Below are positions 23,201 to 31,483 of a DNA stretch of 64,000 bases, one piece after another (the stretch's first letter is position 1; the number at the start of each line of letters is the position of its first letter). The DNA comes from Escherichia coli O157:H7 (GTDB taxonomy: Bacteria > Pseudomonadota > Gammaproteobacteria > Enterobacterales > Enterobacteriaceae): NCBI RefSeq assembly GCF_013167455.1, contig NZ_CP038328.1; one strand, given 5' to 3'. Position numbers and translations under genes: made by a program. The notes beneath the pieces were generated by a model. The model ran no database searches, had not been told where the DNA came from, and saw only the letters and a list, made by a program, of their open reading frames with translations.

Positions 23201-25185
23201 ACGGTGAATTGCGCGTCATGGCGCAAGCCTGGACGGCAGATGAATTCGGTAGCAACGAAAGCAAAGTGATAGTTGCCGCACCGGTGATTGCTGAACTGAA
23301 CATGCCGCGCTTTATGGCGAGTGGCGATAACTCGCGTCTGACGCTGGATATCACTAATCTTACCGATAAACCGCAAAAACTGAACGTTGCCCTGACCGCC
23401 AGTGGTTTGCTTGAACTGGTCAGCGATTCACCCGCAGCCGTTGAATTAGCGCCAGGTGTGCGTACTACGCTGTTTATCCCGGTGCGAGCATTGCCGGGTT
23501 ATGGCGATGGAGAAATTCAGGCCACCATTAGCGGGTTAGCGTTACCGGGTGAAACCGTTGCCGATCAGCATAAGCAGTGGAAAATCGGCGTCCGTCCGGC
23601 GTTCCCGGCACAAACGGTTAATTACGGTACGGCGTTACAGCCTGGTGAGACATGGGCGATTCCGGCGGATGGATTGCAAAACTTCTCGCCTGTTACGCTG
23701 GAAGGGCAATTGTTGTTGAGCGGCAAACCACCGCTGAACATCGCACGTTATATCAAAGAGTTAAAAGCGTATCCGTACGGCTGTCTTGAGCAAACCGCCA
23801 GCGGCCTGTTCCCGTCACTTTATACCAACGCAGCCCAACTGCAGGCGTTGGGCATCAAAGGCGACAGTGATGAGAAACGCCGTGCATCGGTCGATATCGG
23901 CATTTCCCGTTTGCTGCAAATGCAACGTGATAACGGCGGCTTTGCGCTGTGGGATAAAAACGGTGACGAAGAGTACTGGCTGACGGCTTACGTGATGGAT
24001 TTCCTGGTCCGCGCAGGCGAACAGGGTTACAGCGTGCCGACAGACGCCATTAACCGGGGTAATGAGCGTCTGCTGCGCTATTTACAAGATCCGGGCATGA
24101 TGTCGATCCCGTACGCGGATAATCTCAAAGCCAGTAAATTCGCCGTACAGTCTTACGCTGCGCTGGTGTTGGCCCGTCAGCAAAAGGCTCCGCTGGGTGC
24201 GCTGCGTGAAATCTGGGAGCATCGTGCAGATGCCGCTTCTGGTTTACCGCTGCTGCAACTTGGCGTTGCGCTGAAAACCATGGGTGATGCGACGCGTGAT
24301 GAAGAAGCGATTGCGCTGGCGCTAAAAACGCCGCGTAATAGTGATGAGCGGATATGGCTGGGTGATTACGGTAGTCCACTGCGCGACAACGCGTTGATGC
24401 TCTCCTTGCTGGAAGAGAACAAACTGCTACCCGATGAGCAGTACTCCCTGCTGAACACACTTTCGCAGCAGGCGTTTGGTGAACGCTGGCTATCGACGCA
24501 GGAAAGTAACGCGTTGTTCCTGGCTGCCCGTACGATTCAGGATTTACCAGGTAAATGGCAGGCGCAAACCTCTTTCTCAGCTGAGCCGCTGACAGGCGAG
24601 AAAGCGCAAAACAGCAATCTGAATAGCGATCAACTTGCCACCTTGCAGGTGACCAACAGTGGCGAGCAGCCGTTATGGCTGCGTGTGGATGCCAGCGGTT
24701 ATCCGCAATCCGCACCTTTACCGGCGAACAATGTGCTGCAAATTGAGCGTCATATTCTTGGTACTGATGGTAAGAGCAAATCGCTGGACTCGTTACGTAG
24801 CGGCGATCTGGTGCTGGTCTGGTTGCAGGTAAAAGCTAGTAACAGCGTGCCGGATGCGTTAGTCGTGGATCTGCTGCCTGCGGGTCTGGAACTGGAAAAC
24901 CAGAATCTGGCGAACGGTAGCGCCAGCCTGGAGCAAAGTGGTGGCGAAGTGCAGAACTTACTGAACCAGATGCAGCAGGCGAGTATTAAGCACATTGAGT
25001 TCCGTGACGATCGCTTTGTGGCGGCGGTTGCCGTTGATGAATACCAACCGGTAACGCTGGTGTATCTGGCGCGGGCGGTGACGCCGGGAACGTATCAGGT
25101 ACCGCAACCGATGGTGGAATCAATGTATGTTCCCCAATGGCGGGCGACCGGCGCGGCTGAAGATTTGCTGATTGTCAGACCGTAA
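20224..25185 (+). CDS. yfhM: Alpha-2-macroglobulin family lipoprotein
   Basis: 1653 aa ORF; lipobox LALAGC at N-terminus; thioester motif GCLEQ present (YPYGCLEQTASG). Confidence 0.93.
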   Translation: MKKLRVAACMLMLALAGCDNNDNAPTAVKKDAPSEVTKAASSENASSAKLSAPERQKLAQQSAGKALTLLDLSEVQLDGAATLVLTFSIPLDPDQDFSRVIHVVDKKSGKVDGAWELSDNLKELRLRHLEPKRDLIVTIGKEVKALNNATFSKDYEKTITTRDIQPSVGFASRGSLLPGKVVEGLPVMALNVNNVDVNFFRVKPESLPAFISQWEYRNSLANWQSDKLLQMADLVYTGRFDLNPARNTREKLLLPLGDIKPLQQAGVYLAVMNQAGRYDYSNPATLFTLSDIGVSAHRYHNRLDIFTQSLENGAAQQGIEVSLLNEKGQTLTQATSDAQGHVQLENDKNAALLLARKDGQTTLLDLKLPALDLAEFNIAGAPGYSKQFFMFGPRDLYRPGETVILNGLLRDADGKALPNQPIKLDVIKPDGQVLRSVVSQPENGLYHFTWPLDSNAATGMWHIRANTGDNQYRMWDFHVEDFMPERMALNLTGEKTPLTPNDEVKFSVVGYYLYGAPANGNTLQGQLFLRPLREAVSALPGFEFGDIAAENLSRTLDEVQLTLDDKGRGEVSTESQWKETHSPLQVIFQGSLLESGGRPVTRRAEQAIWPADALPGIRPQFASKSVYDYRTDSTVKQPIVDEGSNAAFDIVYSDAQGVKKAVSGLQVRLIRERRDYYWNWSEDEGWQSQFDQKDLIENEQTLDLKADETGKVSFPVEWGAYRLEVKAPNEAVSSVRFWAGYSWQDNSDGSGAVRPDRVTLKLDKAGYRPGDTIKLHIAAPTAGKGYAMVESSEGPLWWQEIDVPAQGLDLTIPVDKTWNRHDLYLSTLVVRPGDKSRSATPKRAVGVLHLPLGDENRRLDLALETPAKMRPNQPLTVKIKASTKNGEKPKQVNVLVSAVDSGVLNITDYVTPDPWQAFFGQKRYGADIYDIYGQVIEGQGRLAALRFGGDGDELKRGGKPPVNHVNIVAQQALPVTLNEQGEGSVTLPIGDFNGELRVMAQAWTADEFGSNESKVIVAAPVIAELNMPRFMASGDNSRLTLDITNLTDKPQKLNVALTASGLLELVSDSPAAVELAPGVRTTLFIPVRALPGYGDGEIQATISGLALPGETVADQHKQWKIGVRPAFPAQTVNYGTALQPGETWAIPADGLQNFSPVTLEGQLLLSGKPPLNIARYIKELKAYPYGCLEQTASGLFPSLYTNAAQLQALGIKGDSDEKRRASVDIGISRLLQMQRDNGGFALWDKNGDEEYWLTAYVMDFLVRAGEQGYSVPTDAINRGNERLLRYLQDPGMMSIPYADNLKASKFAVQSYAALVLARQQKAPLGALREIWEHRADAASGLPLLQLGVALKTMGDATRDEEAIALALKTPRNSDERIWLGDYGSPLRDNALMLSLLEENKLLPDEQYSLLNTLSQQAFGERWLSTQESNALFLAARTIQDLPGKWQAQTSFSAEPLTGEKAQNSNLNSDQLATLQVTNSGEQPLWLRVDASGYPQSAPLPANNVLQIERHILGTDGKSKSLDSLRSGDLVLVWLQVKASNSVPDALVVDLLPAGLELENQNLANGSASLEQSGGEVQNLLNQMQQASIKHIEFRDDRFVAAVAVDEYQPVTLVYLARAVTPGTYQVPQPMVESMYVPQWRATGAAEDLLIVRP

Positions 25186-27498
25186 ATGCCTCGCTTGTTA
25201 ACCAAACGCGGCTGCTGGATAACGCTGGCAGCTGCGCCATTTCTCCTTTTTCTTGCAGCGTGGGGAGCAGATAAACTCTGGCCTCTACCGCTGCATGAAG
25301 TCAATCCCGCACGAGTGGTCGTGGCGCAGGATGGTACGCCGCTCTGGCGCTTCGCCGATGCTGACGGCATCTGGCGTTATCCTGTAACAATCGAAGATGT
25401 TTCTCCACGTTACCTTGAAGCGCTGATCAATTATGAAGATCGCTGGTTCTGGAAGCATCCTGGGGTGAATCCATTCTCGGTGGCGCGCGCAGCATGGCAA
25501 GATCTCACTTCGGGACGGGTTATTTCCGGTGGCAGCACGCTCACTATGCAGGTTGCTCGTCTGCTTGATCCTCACCCCAAAACATTTGGCGGCAAAATTC
25601 GCCAGCTCTGGCGCGCGTTGCAACTGGAATGGCATCTGTCTAAGCGTGAAATTCTGACCTTGTATCTTAACCGCGCTCCGTTTGGCGGTACGTTGCAGGG
25701 GATCGGTGCGGCAAGTTGGGCTTATCTCGGAAAGTCGCCTGCGAATTTAAGCTATTCCGAGGCGGCAATGCTGGCGGTTTTGCCGCAAGCGCCCAGCCGT
25801 CTTCGCCCGGATCGTTGGCCGGAGCGTGCCGAAGTCGCGCGTAATAAAGTGCTCGAACGGATGGCCGTGCAAGGTGTGTGGTCCCGTGAGCAGGTAAAAG
25901 AGTCAAGGGAAGAACCCATCTGGCTGGCACCCCGACAAATGCCGCAACTGGCACCGCTGTTTTCGCGCATGATGCTCGGTAAAAGCAAAAGCGACAAAAT
26001 CGTTACTACGCTGGATGCCGGTCTTCAACGACGTCTGGAAGAACTGGCGCAAAACTGGAAAGGACGATTACCACCGCGCAGCTCACTGGCGATGATCGTG
26101 GTTGATCATACCGATATGCGTGTTCGCGGCTGGGTGGGTTCGGTTGATCTCAACGATGATTCACGCTTTGGTCATGTTGATATGGTCAATGCGATCCGAT
26201 CGCCAGGATCGGTGCTCAAACCGTTTGTTTACGGTCTGGCGCTGGATGAAGGATTGATCCACCCGGCATCACTGCTGCAAGACGTCCCCCGGCGTACCGG
26301 TGATTACCGACCTGGCAACTTTGACAGCGGTTTTCATGGCCCGATCAGCATGAGCGAGGCGCTGGTGCGCTCGCTGAATTTACCTGCTGTGCAGGTGCTG
26401 GAAGCCTATGGACCGAAACGGTTTGCGGCAAAGTTACGCAATGTTGGATTGCCGTTATATTTGCCCAACGGTGCTGCGCCGAATCTTTCGCTCATTCTCG
26501 GCGGCGCTGGTGCGAAACTGGAAGATATGGCGGCAGCGTATACCGCGTTTGCTCGCCACGGCAAGGCAGGCAAATTGCGCTTACAGCCTGACGATCCGCT
26601 GCTTGAACGGCCTTTAATGTCGTCGGGAGCGGCGTGGATCATTCGCCGGATTATGGCTGATGAAGCGCTACCCTTGCCGGATGGTGCCTTGCCGCGCGTC
26701 GCCCCACTGGCATGGAAAACGGGCACCAGCTATGGCTATCGTGACGCCTGGGCGATTGGGGTTAACGCTCGCTATGTCATTGGGATCTGGACTGGCAGAC
26801 CGGACGGCACGCCCGTTGTTGGTCAGTTTGGTTTTGCCAGCGCCGTACCATTGTTGAATCAGGTCAATAATATCTTACTGTCGCGCAGTGCTAATCTGCC
26901 GGAAGACCCGCGCCCGAACTCAGTCACTCGTGGCGTTATTTGCTGGCCGGGCGGACAGTCTTTGCCGGAAGGTGACGGTAACTGTCGCCGCCGCCTGGCA
27001 ACCTGGCTGCTGGACGGGAGTCAGCCGCCAACTCTATTACTGCCGGAGCAGGAAGGCATTAATGGCATTCGTTTCCCCATCTGGCTGGATGAAAATGGCA
27101 AACGTGTTGCCGCTGATTGCCCGCAAGCGCGACAAGAAATGATAAATGTCTGGCCGCTACCGCTGGAACCCTGGTTGCCCGCATCAGAACGTCGCGCTGT
27201 GCGCTTACCACCGGCCTCGACAATTTGCCCGCCATACGGTCACGATGCCCAGCTCCCGCTGCAGCTGACAGGCGTTCGCGATGGCGAGATTATTAAACGT
27301 TTACCGGGCGCAGCGGAAGCGACTTTGCCGTTGCAATCAAGTGGAGGGGCAGGTGAACGCTGGTGGTTTCTGAATGGCGAACCGTTAACTGAACGCGGGC
27401 GCAACGTGACCCTGCATTTGACGGATAAAGGTGATTATCAATTGCTGGTGATGGATGACGTAGGGCAAATCGCGTCAGTACATTTTTCATTTCAGTGA
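25186..27498 (+). CDS. pbpC: Penicillin-binding protein 1C (bifunctional transglycosylase/transpeptidase)
   Basis: 770 aa ORF starting immediately after yfhM stop (taaATG); glycosyltransferase motifs EDRWFW and RQLWRALQLE. Confidence 0.93.
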   Translation: MPRLLTKRGCWITLAAAPFLLFLAAWGADKLWPLPLHEVNPARVVVAQDGTPLWRFADADGIWRYPVTIEDVSPRYLEALINYEDRWFWKHPGVNPFSVARAAWQDLTSGRVISGGSTLTMQVARLLDPHPKTFGGKIRQLWRALQLEWHLSKREILTLYLNRAPFGGTLQGIGAASWAYLGKSPANLSYSEAAMLAVLPQAPSRLRPDRWPERAEVARNKVLERMAVQGVWSREQVKESREEPIWLAPRQMPQLAPLFSRMMLGKSKSDKIVTTLDAGLQRRLEELAQNWKGRLPPRSSLAMIVVDHTDMRVRGWVGSVDLNDDSRFGHVDMVNAIRSPGSVLKPFVYGLALDEGLIHPASLLQDVPRRTGDYRPGNFDSGFHGPISMSEALVRSLNLPAVQVLEAYGPKRFAAKLRNVGLPLYLPNGAAPNLSLILGGAGAKLEDMAAAYTAFARHGKAGKLRLQPDDPLLERPLMSSGAAWIIRRIMADEALPLPDGALPRVAPLAWKTGTSYGYRDAWAIGVNARYVIGIWTGRPDGTPVVGQFGFASAVPLLNQVNNILLSRSANLPEDPRPNSVTRGVICWPGGQSLPEGDGNCRRRLATWLLDGSQPPTLLLPEQEGINGIRFPIWLDENGKRVAADCPQARQEMINVWPLPLEPWLPASERRAVRLPPASTICPPYGHDAQLPLQLTGVRDGEIIKRLPGAAEATLPLQSSGGAGERWWFLNGEPLTERGRNVTLHLTDKGDYQLLVMDDVGQIASVHFSFQ

Positions 27499-27592
27499 AA
27501 TATACAAAATATTTATTAATCTAATTATGGTATTTATATTTGGAATGCATTAATAATTTAATAATCTCACGTTTTTTTAAACGACTAATTAT

Positions 27593-27606
27593 TTGATTGT
27601 TATCAG
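27593..27606 (+). promoter_or_regulatory. FNR-like box upstream of the accessory molybdoenzyme operon
   Basis: TTGATtgttATCAg matches the FNR consensus TTGAT-N4-ATCAA at 9 of 10 positions, about 56 bp upstream of the ATG at 27662, inside an AT-rich intergenic region. Confidence 0.5.
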
Positions 27607-27661
27607 CATTGTTCTCGAATAAATACGTGAATATTTATTTTTTCATTTTCGGGAACGCAAG

Positions 27662-30043
27662 ATGGATACGCCAGACGAAAAGGAACGCATTACATTTCCG
27701 CAAGTATCACGACGTAGTTTTTTACAAGCGACTTCCGCGCTTATCACTTTGCCTTTTATTTCTTCTACCGCAAAGGCGCAATCCCCAGATGCGTCGCCAG
27801 AAGTTACAGCTCCAGTAGCTGATAAAGTCGTGCCCACCTGTAGCACATTTGACTGCGGTGGTAAGTGCGATATTCGGGCGCATATGCGCGACGGCGTGGT
27901 GACGCAAATTACCACGCTTCCCGATAACGAATTGGATCCACAAATGCCGATTATGCGCGCCTGTGTTCGTGGTCGCGGCTATCGTAAATTTGTTTATCAT
28001 CCAGACCGTTTGAAATATCCGATGAAGCGGGTAGGTAAACGAGGCGAGGGTAAATTTGAGCGTATCTCATGGGATGAGGCGACGACCTTAATTGCCGATA
28101 ACCTGAAAAGGATCACGCAACAATATGGCCCAGCTTCACGTTATGTCCATGTCGGGACGGCTGTTTCTGGTGGAACATTTTCTGGCGATGCGATGGCGCG
28201 TCGGCTGTTAAATTTAACCGGTGGTTATCTTGAATATTATCACTCAGTTAGTCTGGGTAATACTGCGGCGGCCACGCCTTACACGTATGGCGTGGCCGCG
28301 AGCGGTAACTCGATGGATACTCTTCTGGATACCAAACTGGTGATTCTCTGGGGGCATAACCCAACGGAAACCATATTCGGTCACACCAATTACTATTTTC
28401 AAAAAATGAAGCAAAACGGTACACGTTTTATCGTGGTGGATCCGCGCTATTCCGACACCGTATCTTCACTTGCCGATCAGTGGATCCCGCTGTTGCCGAC
28501 CACGGACAATGCGTTGATGGACGCGATGATGTACGTCATTATCAGCGAGAATCTCCACGATAAGACATTTATCGACACATATACTCTCGGTTTTGATGAA
28601 AACTCCATGCCGGAAGGCGTACCAGCCAACGAATCGTTGGTTGCCTACCTTTTTGGCGCAAAAGATGGGATACACAAAACGCCGGAATGGGCAGAAAAAA
28701 TTACCCACGTTCCAGCACAATCCATTCGTCAACTGGCACGCGATTACGCCACTACAAAACCCGCAGCGTTGATTCAGGGATGGGGGCCACAGCGACATAT
28801 TTGCGGCGAACGCACCGCCCGAGGTTCAACTTTACTGGCCTCGATTACCGGTAACGTCGGCATCAAAGGTGGCTGGGCGGCAGGTTACGGCGGTAGTTCT
28901 AATCGTAAATTCTGCGTTGGACCAGATATGCCAGAAAATCCGGTACAAGCGAAAATCTCGATTATGAACTGGATGCAGGCGGCGGATGATGCTTCTAAAG
29001 TTACGCCGCAAGATGGGCTTAAAGGTGTCGATAAACTCGACAGTAATATCCGCCTGCTGTTCTCACTGGCAGGTAATTATCTGGCGAACCAGAACCCGGA
29101 CGTCCACCAGGCCGCGAAGCTCCTTGAAGACGAATCTAAAATAGAATTCATCGTACTCAGCGATCTGTTCATGACTCCGAGCGCGAAATATGCCGATGTG
29201 TTGCTGCCGGAAACCAGCTTTATGGAACGCTGGAATATCGGCGAAACATGGGGAACTGCGAGCTATCTTATTCTGTCAGAAAAACCGATTGAGCCGGATT
29301 TTGAACGTCGCACCGATTATGACTGGTTGCGTGACGTGGCGAAAAAACTGGGTGTCGAAGCCGAGTTCAGTCAAGGACGTGATGAGAAGCAATGGATCGA
29401 GCATATCTGGGAGCAAACTCGTCTGGCGATGCCGGATGAAAATTTGCCGGACTTCGCAACCCTGCAAAAAACACGTCGACATCTTTTCAAAAGCGCGCCG
29501 CACATCGCTTTCGAAGCAAATATTCGCGATCCGCAGAATAATCCTTTCCCGACGCCTTCCGGCAAAATTGAGATCTTCTCTAAGCGTCTTTTTGATATGC
29601 AAGATCCAGAAATTCCCGCGCTTTCGCACTATGTCCCTGCCTTTGAAGGGCCAGAAGATAAACTGACGGCGAAATACCCGTTGCAGCTCATCACCTGGAA
29701 AGGGAAAAACCGTGCTAATTCCACCCAGTATGCTAACCCGTGGCTGCAAGAAGTTCAGACGCAAAAACTCTGGCTGAATCCGCAAGATGCAAAACAGCGC
29801 GGGATTAGCGAAGGAGATAGCGTAAAAATTTATAACGATCGTGGTGTGAGCATTATCCCGGTGGAAATAATCCCCCGTATCATCCCTGGCGTAGTTGCTA
29901 TGCAGGCGGGGGCATGGTGGCAACCGGATGCACAAGGTATCGATCGCGGAGGCTGTGCCAATGTACTGAGTTCGACCCGCATTACGGCGCTGGCGAAAGG
30001 GAATTCGCATCAAACAATGCTGGTGGAGGTTGAGAAAGCATGA
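27662..30043 (+). CDS. Tat-exported Mo-bisMGD oxidoreductase catalytic subunit, DMSO reductase (DmsA/YnfE) family; substrate unknown
   Basis: 793 aa ORF; twin-arginine signal SRRSFLQ...AKAQ; N-terminal Cys cluster CSTFDCGGKCD; block ACVRGRGYRKFVYHPDRLKYPMKRVGKRGEGKFERISWDEA nearly matches DmsA as recalled; ATGA overlap with next gene. Confidence 0.85.
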   Translation: MDTPDEKERITFPQVSRRSFLQATSALITLPFISSTAKAQSPDASPEVTAPVADKVVPTCSTFDCGGKCDIRAHMRDGVVTQITTLPDNELDPQMPIMRACVRGRGYRKFVYHPDRLKYPMKRVGKRGEGKFERISWDEATTLIADNLKRITQQYGPASRYVHVGTAVSGGTFSGDAMARRLLNLTGGYLEYYHSVSLGNTAAATPYTYGVAASGNSMDTLLDTKLVILWGHNPTETIFGHTNYYFQKMKQNGTRFIVVDPRYSDTVSSLADQWIPLLPTTDNALMDAMMYVIISENLHDKTFIDTYTLGFDENSMPEGVPANESLVAYLFGAKDGIHKTPEWAEKITHVPAQSIRQLARDYATTKPAALIQGWGPQRHICGERTARGSTLLASITGNVGIKGGWAAGYGGSSNRKFCVGPDMPENPVQAKISIMNWMQAADDASKVTPQDGLKGVDKLDSNIRLLFSLAGNYLANQNPDVHQAAKLLEDESKIEFIVLSDLFMTPSAKYADVLLPETSFMERWNIGETWGTASYLILSEKPIEPDFERRTDYDWLRDVAKKLGVEAEFSQGRDEKQWIEHIWEQTRLAMPDENLPDFATLQKTRRHLFKSAPHIAFEANIRDPQNNPFPTPSGKIEIFSKRLFDMQDPEIPALSHYVPAFEGPEDKLTAKYPLQLITWKGKNRANSTQYANPWLQEVQTQKLWLNPQDAKQRGISEGDSVKIYNDRGVSIIPVEIIPRIIPGVVAMQAGAWWQPDAQGIDRGGCANVLSSTRITALAKGNSHQTMLVEVEKA

Positions 30044-30669
30044 GCCAATTTAAAGAATTTGCATCTGTCAGCGACAAACAATTAGGGTTCTTTATTGACT
30101 CTTCGCGTTGTTCGGGCTGTAAAGCGTGTCAGGTGGCCTGTAAAGACAAAAACAACCTTGAGGTTGGGCGACGTTTTCGCCGCGTGTATGAAGTGAACGG
30201 AGGTGGCTTCATCGCCACTGGAGAGGGCGGTGTGAGTCATAATGTCTTTGCTTATACCCTTTCTGTTTCCTGTAACCATTGCGCGGATCCGATCTGTACC
30301 AAAAATTGCCCGACGATGGCGATGCATAAGCGTCCCGGAGACGGTATTGTGCGCGTGAATACTGATAAGTGCGTCGGTTGCGGTTACTGCGCCTGGTCCT
30401 GTCCTTACGGCGCACCACAAATGAATGAGCAGACCGGGCAGATGTCGAAATGCGATTTCTGTATTGATCTGCAAGCTAAAGGAGAACAACCCATTTGCGT
30501 GGCAACGTGCCCGTTGGGGGCGATTAAGTTCGGCCCTATTGATGAGTTGCGTGAAAAGTATGGCGATGTCAGTGATGTGAAAGGTTTACCTGATTCGTCG
30601 ATTACGCAGCCAAATCTGGTGATTAAACCGCATCAGGGCGCGGAAAAGGAGGCGTCACATCATGCATGA
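30040..30669 (+). CDS. Four-cluster [4Fe-4S] electron-transfer subunit, DmsB/YnfG family
   Basis: 209 aa ORF with four ferredoxin Cys motifs (CSGCKACQVAC, CNHCADPICTKNCP, CVGCGYCAWSCP, CDFC...CVATCP); GGAGG Shine-Dalgarno; overlaps neighbours. Confidence 0.85.
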   Translation: MSQFKEFASVSDKQLGFFIDSSRCSGCKACQVACKDKNNLEVGRRFRRVYEVNGGGFIATGEGGVSHNVFAYTLSVSCNHCADPICTKNCPTMAMHKRPGDGIVRVNTDKCVGCGYCAWSCPYGAPQMNEQTGQMSKCDFCIDLQAKGEQPICVATCPLGAIKFGPIDELREKYGDVSDVKGLPDSSITQPNLVIKPHQGAEKEASHHA

Positions 30670-31483
30670 ATTACCGTTAATGGCTTTTACGCTGTTGTTA
30701 CAGGCATCGGTCGGTATGACGTTGTGGCTGGCGTTTCTTCATCGTCATATTTTAATCACCTCCAGCGCCCGCCCGGTTATGCGGCCGCCATTACTGTTGG
30801 CTTTTTTGGCAGGTGCCGTAGGGTTACTGATTTCTACCTTACACCTGGGTTATCCACTTAATGCGATGCATGCGCTGAGCCACTTTTCCAGTTCATGGCT
30901 GAGTCGGGAAATTATCTTTGGTGCGCTGTATCTGGCGCTATTGGGTTTATCCACATTACTGGTCATGTTACGCAAAGGCGGCTGGCAACTCCTGCTTATG
31001 CTAGCGGCAGTGGTCGGGATTGTTGATGTTTTCTGCATGGCGCAAGTTTACATCCATACGTCGATTATCACCTGGCAGCATTACAACACGCTGATTATGT
31101 TCTTAGGTACAGTGGGAATTCTCGGTTCAGCGCTGGTAGCAGTGTTTCGTATTAGCGGAATTTTGCCGCAGATTGATGCCCTGCGTAATGGATGCGTGTT
31201 GGTGATCGCTCTCCTGGTTCTGCTGCGTTTGTTGGTTCAGCCGTTGTGGATAGGGGATTTAACGGCAAATGCGATGCAGATAGCCACATTGCCACATGCG
31301 CCATTAGCGATGCTGGGACAGTTAAAACCCATACTGACACTAAGCTGGGGAATTTCCGTCATTGGGATGATGTTCTTTGCTGTCGGTGGTTGTAAAAAGA
31401 ATATCCCGGCGGCGTTATTCGGTAGCGTAATGCTAGTGGGGAGTGAAGTTATGCTGCGTTTTGTCTTTTTTAGTATCGGCTAA
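30662..31483 (+). CDS. Integral membrane anchor subunit, DmsC/YnfH family
   Basis: 273 aa ORF with about 8 hydrophobic segments; AGGAGG Shine-Dalgarno; 8 bp overlap with upstream gene and TAATG overlap with downstream gene. Confidence 0.75.
   Translation: MHELPLMAFTLLLQASVGMTLWLAFLHRHILITSSARPVMRPPLLLAFLAGAVGLLISTLHLGYPLNAMHALSHFSSSWLSREIIFGALYLALLGLSTLLVMLRKGGWQLLLMLAAVVGIVDVFCMAQVYIHTSIITWQHYNTLIMFLGTVGILGSALVAVFRISGILPQIDALRNGCVLVIALLVLLRLLVQPLWIGDLTANAMQIATLPHAPLAMLGQLKPILTLSWGISVIGMMFFAVGGCKKNIPAALFGSVMLVGSEVMLRFVFFSIG

Noticed and set aside
22285-23376. Two ORFs (185 aa and 176 aa) on the minus strand inside yfhM
   Set aside because: Antisense to a long conserved CDS; typical frame artefact.
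29276-30013. 245 aa minus-strand ORF inside the molybdoenzyme catalytic gene
   Set aside because: Antisense shadow ORF; the plus-strand frame has clear family motifs and a Tat signal.
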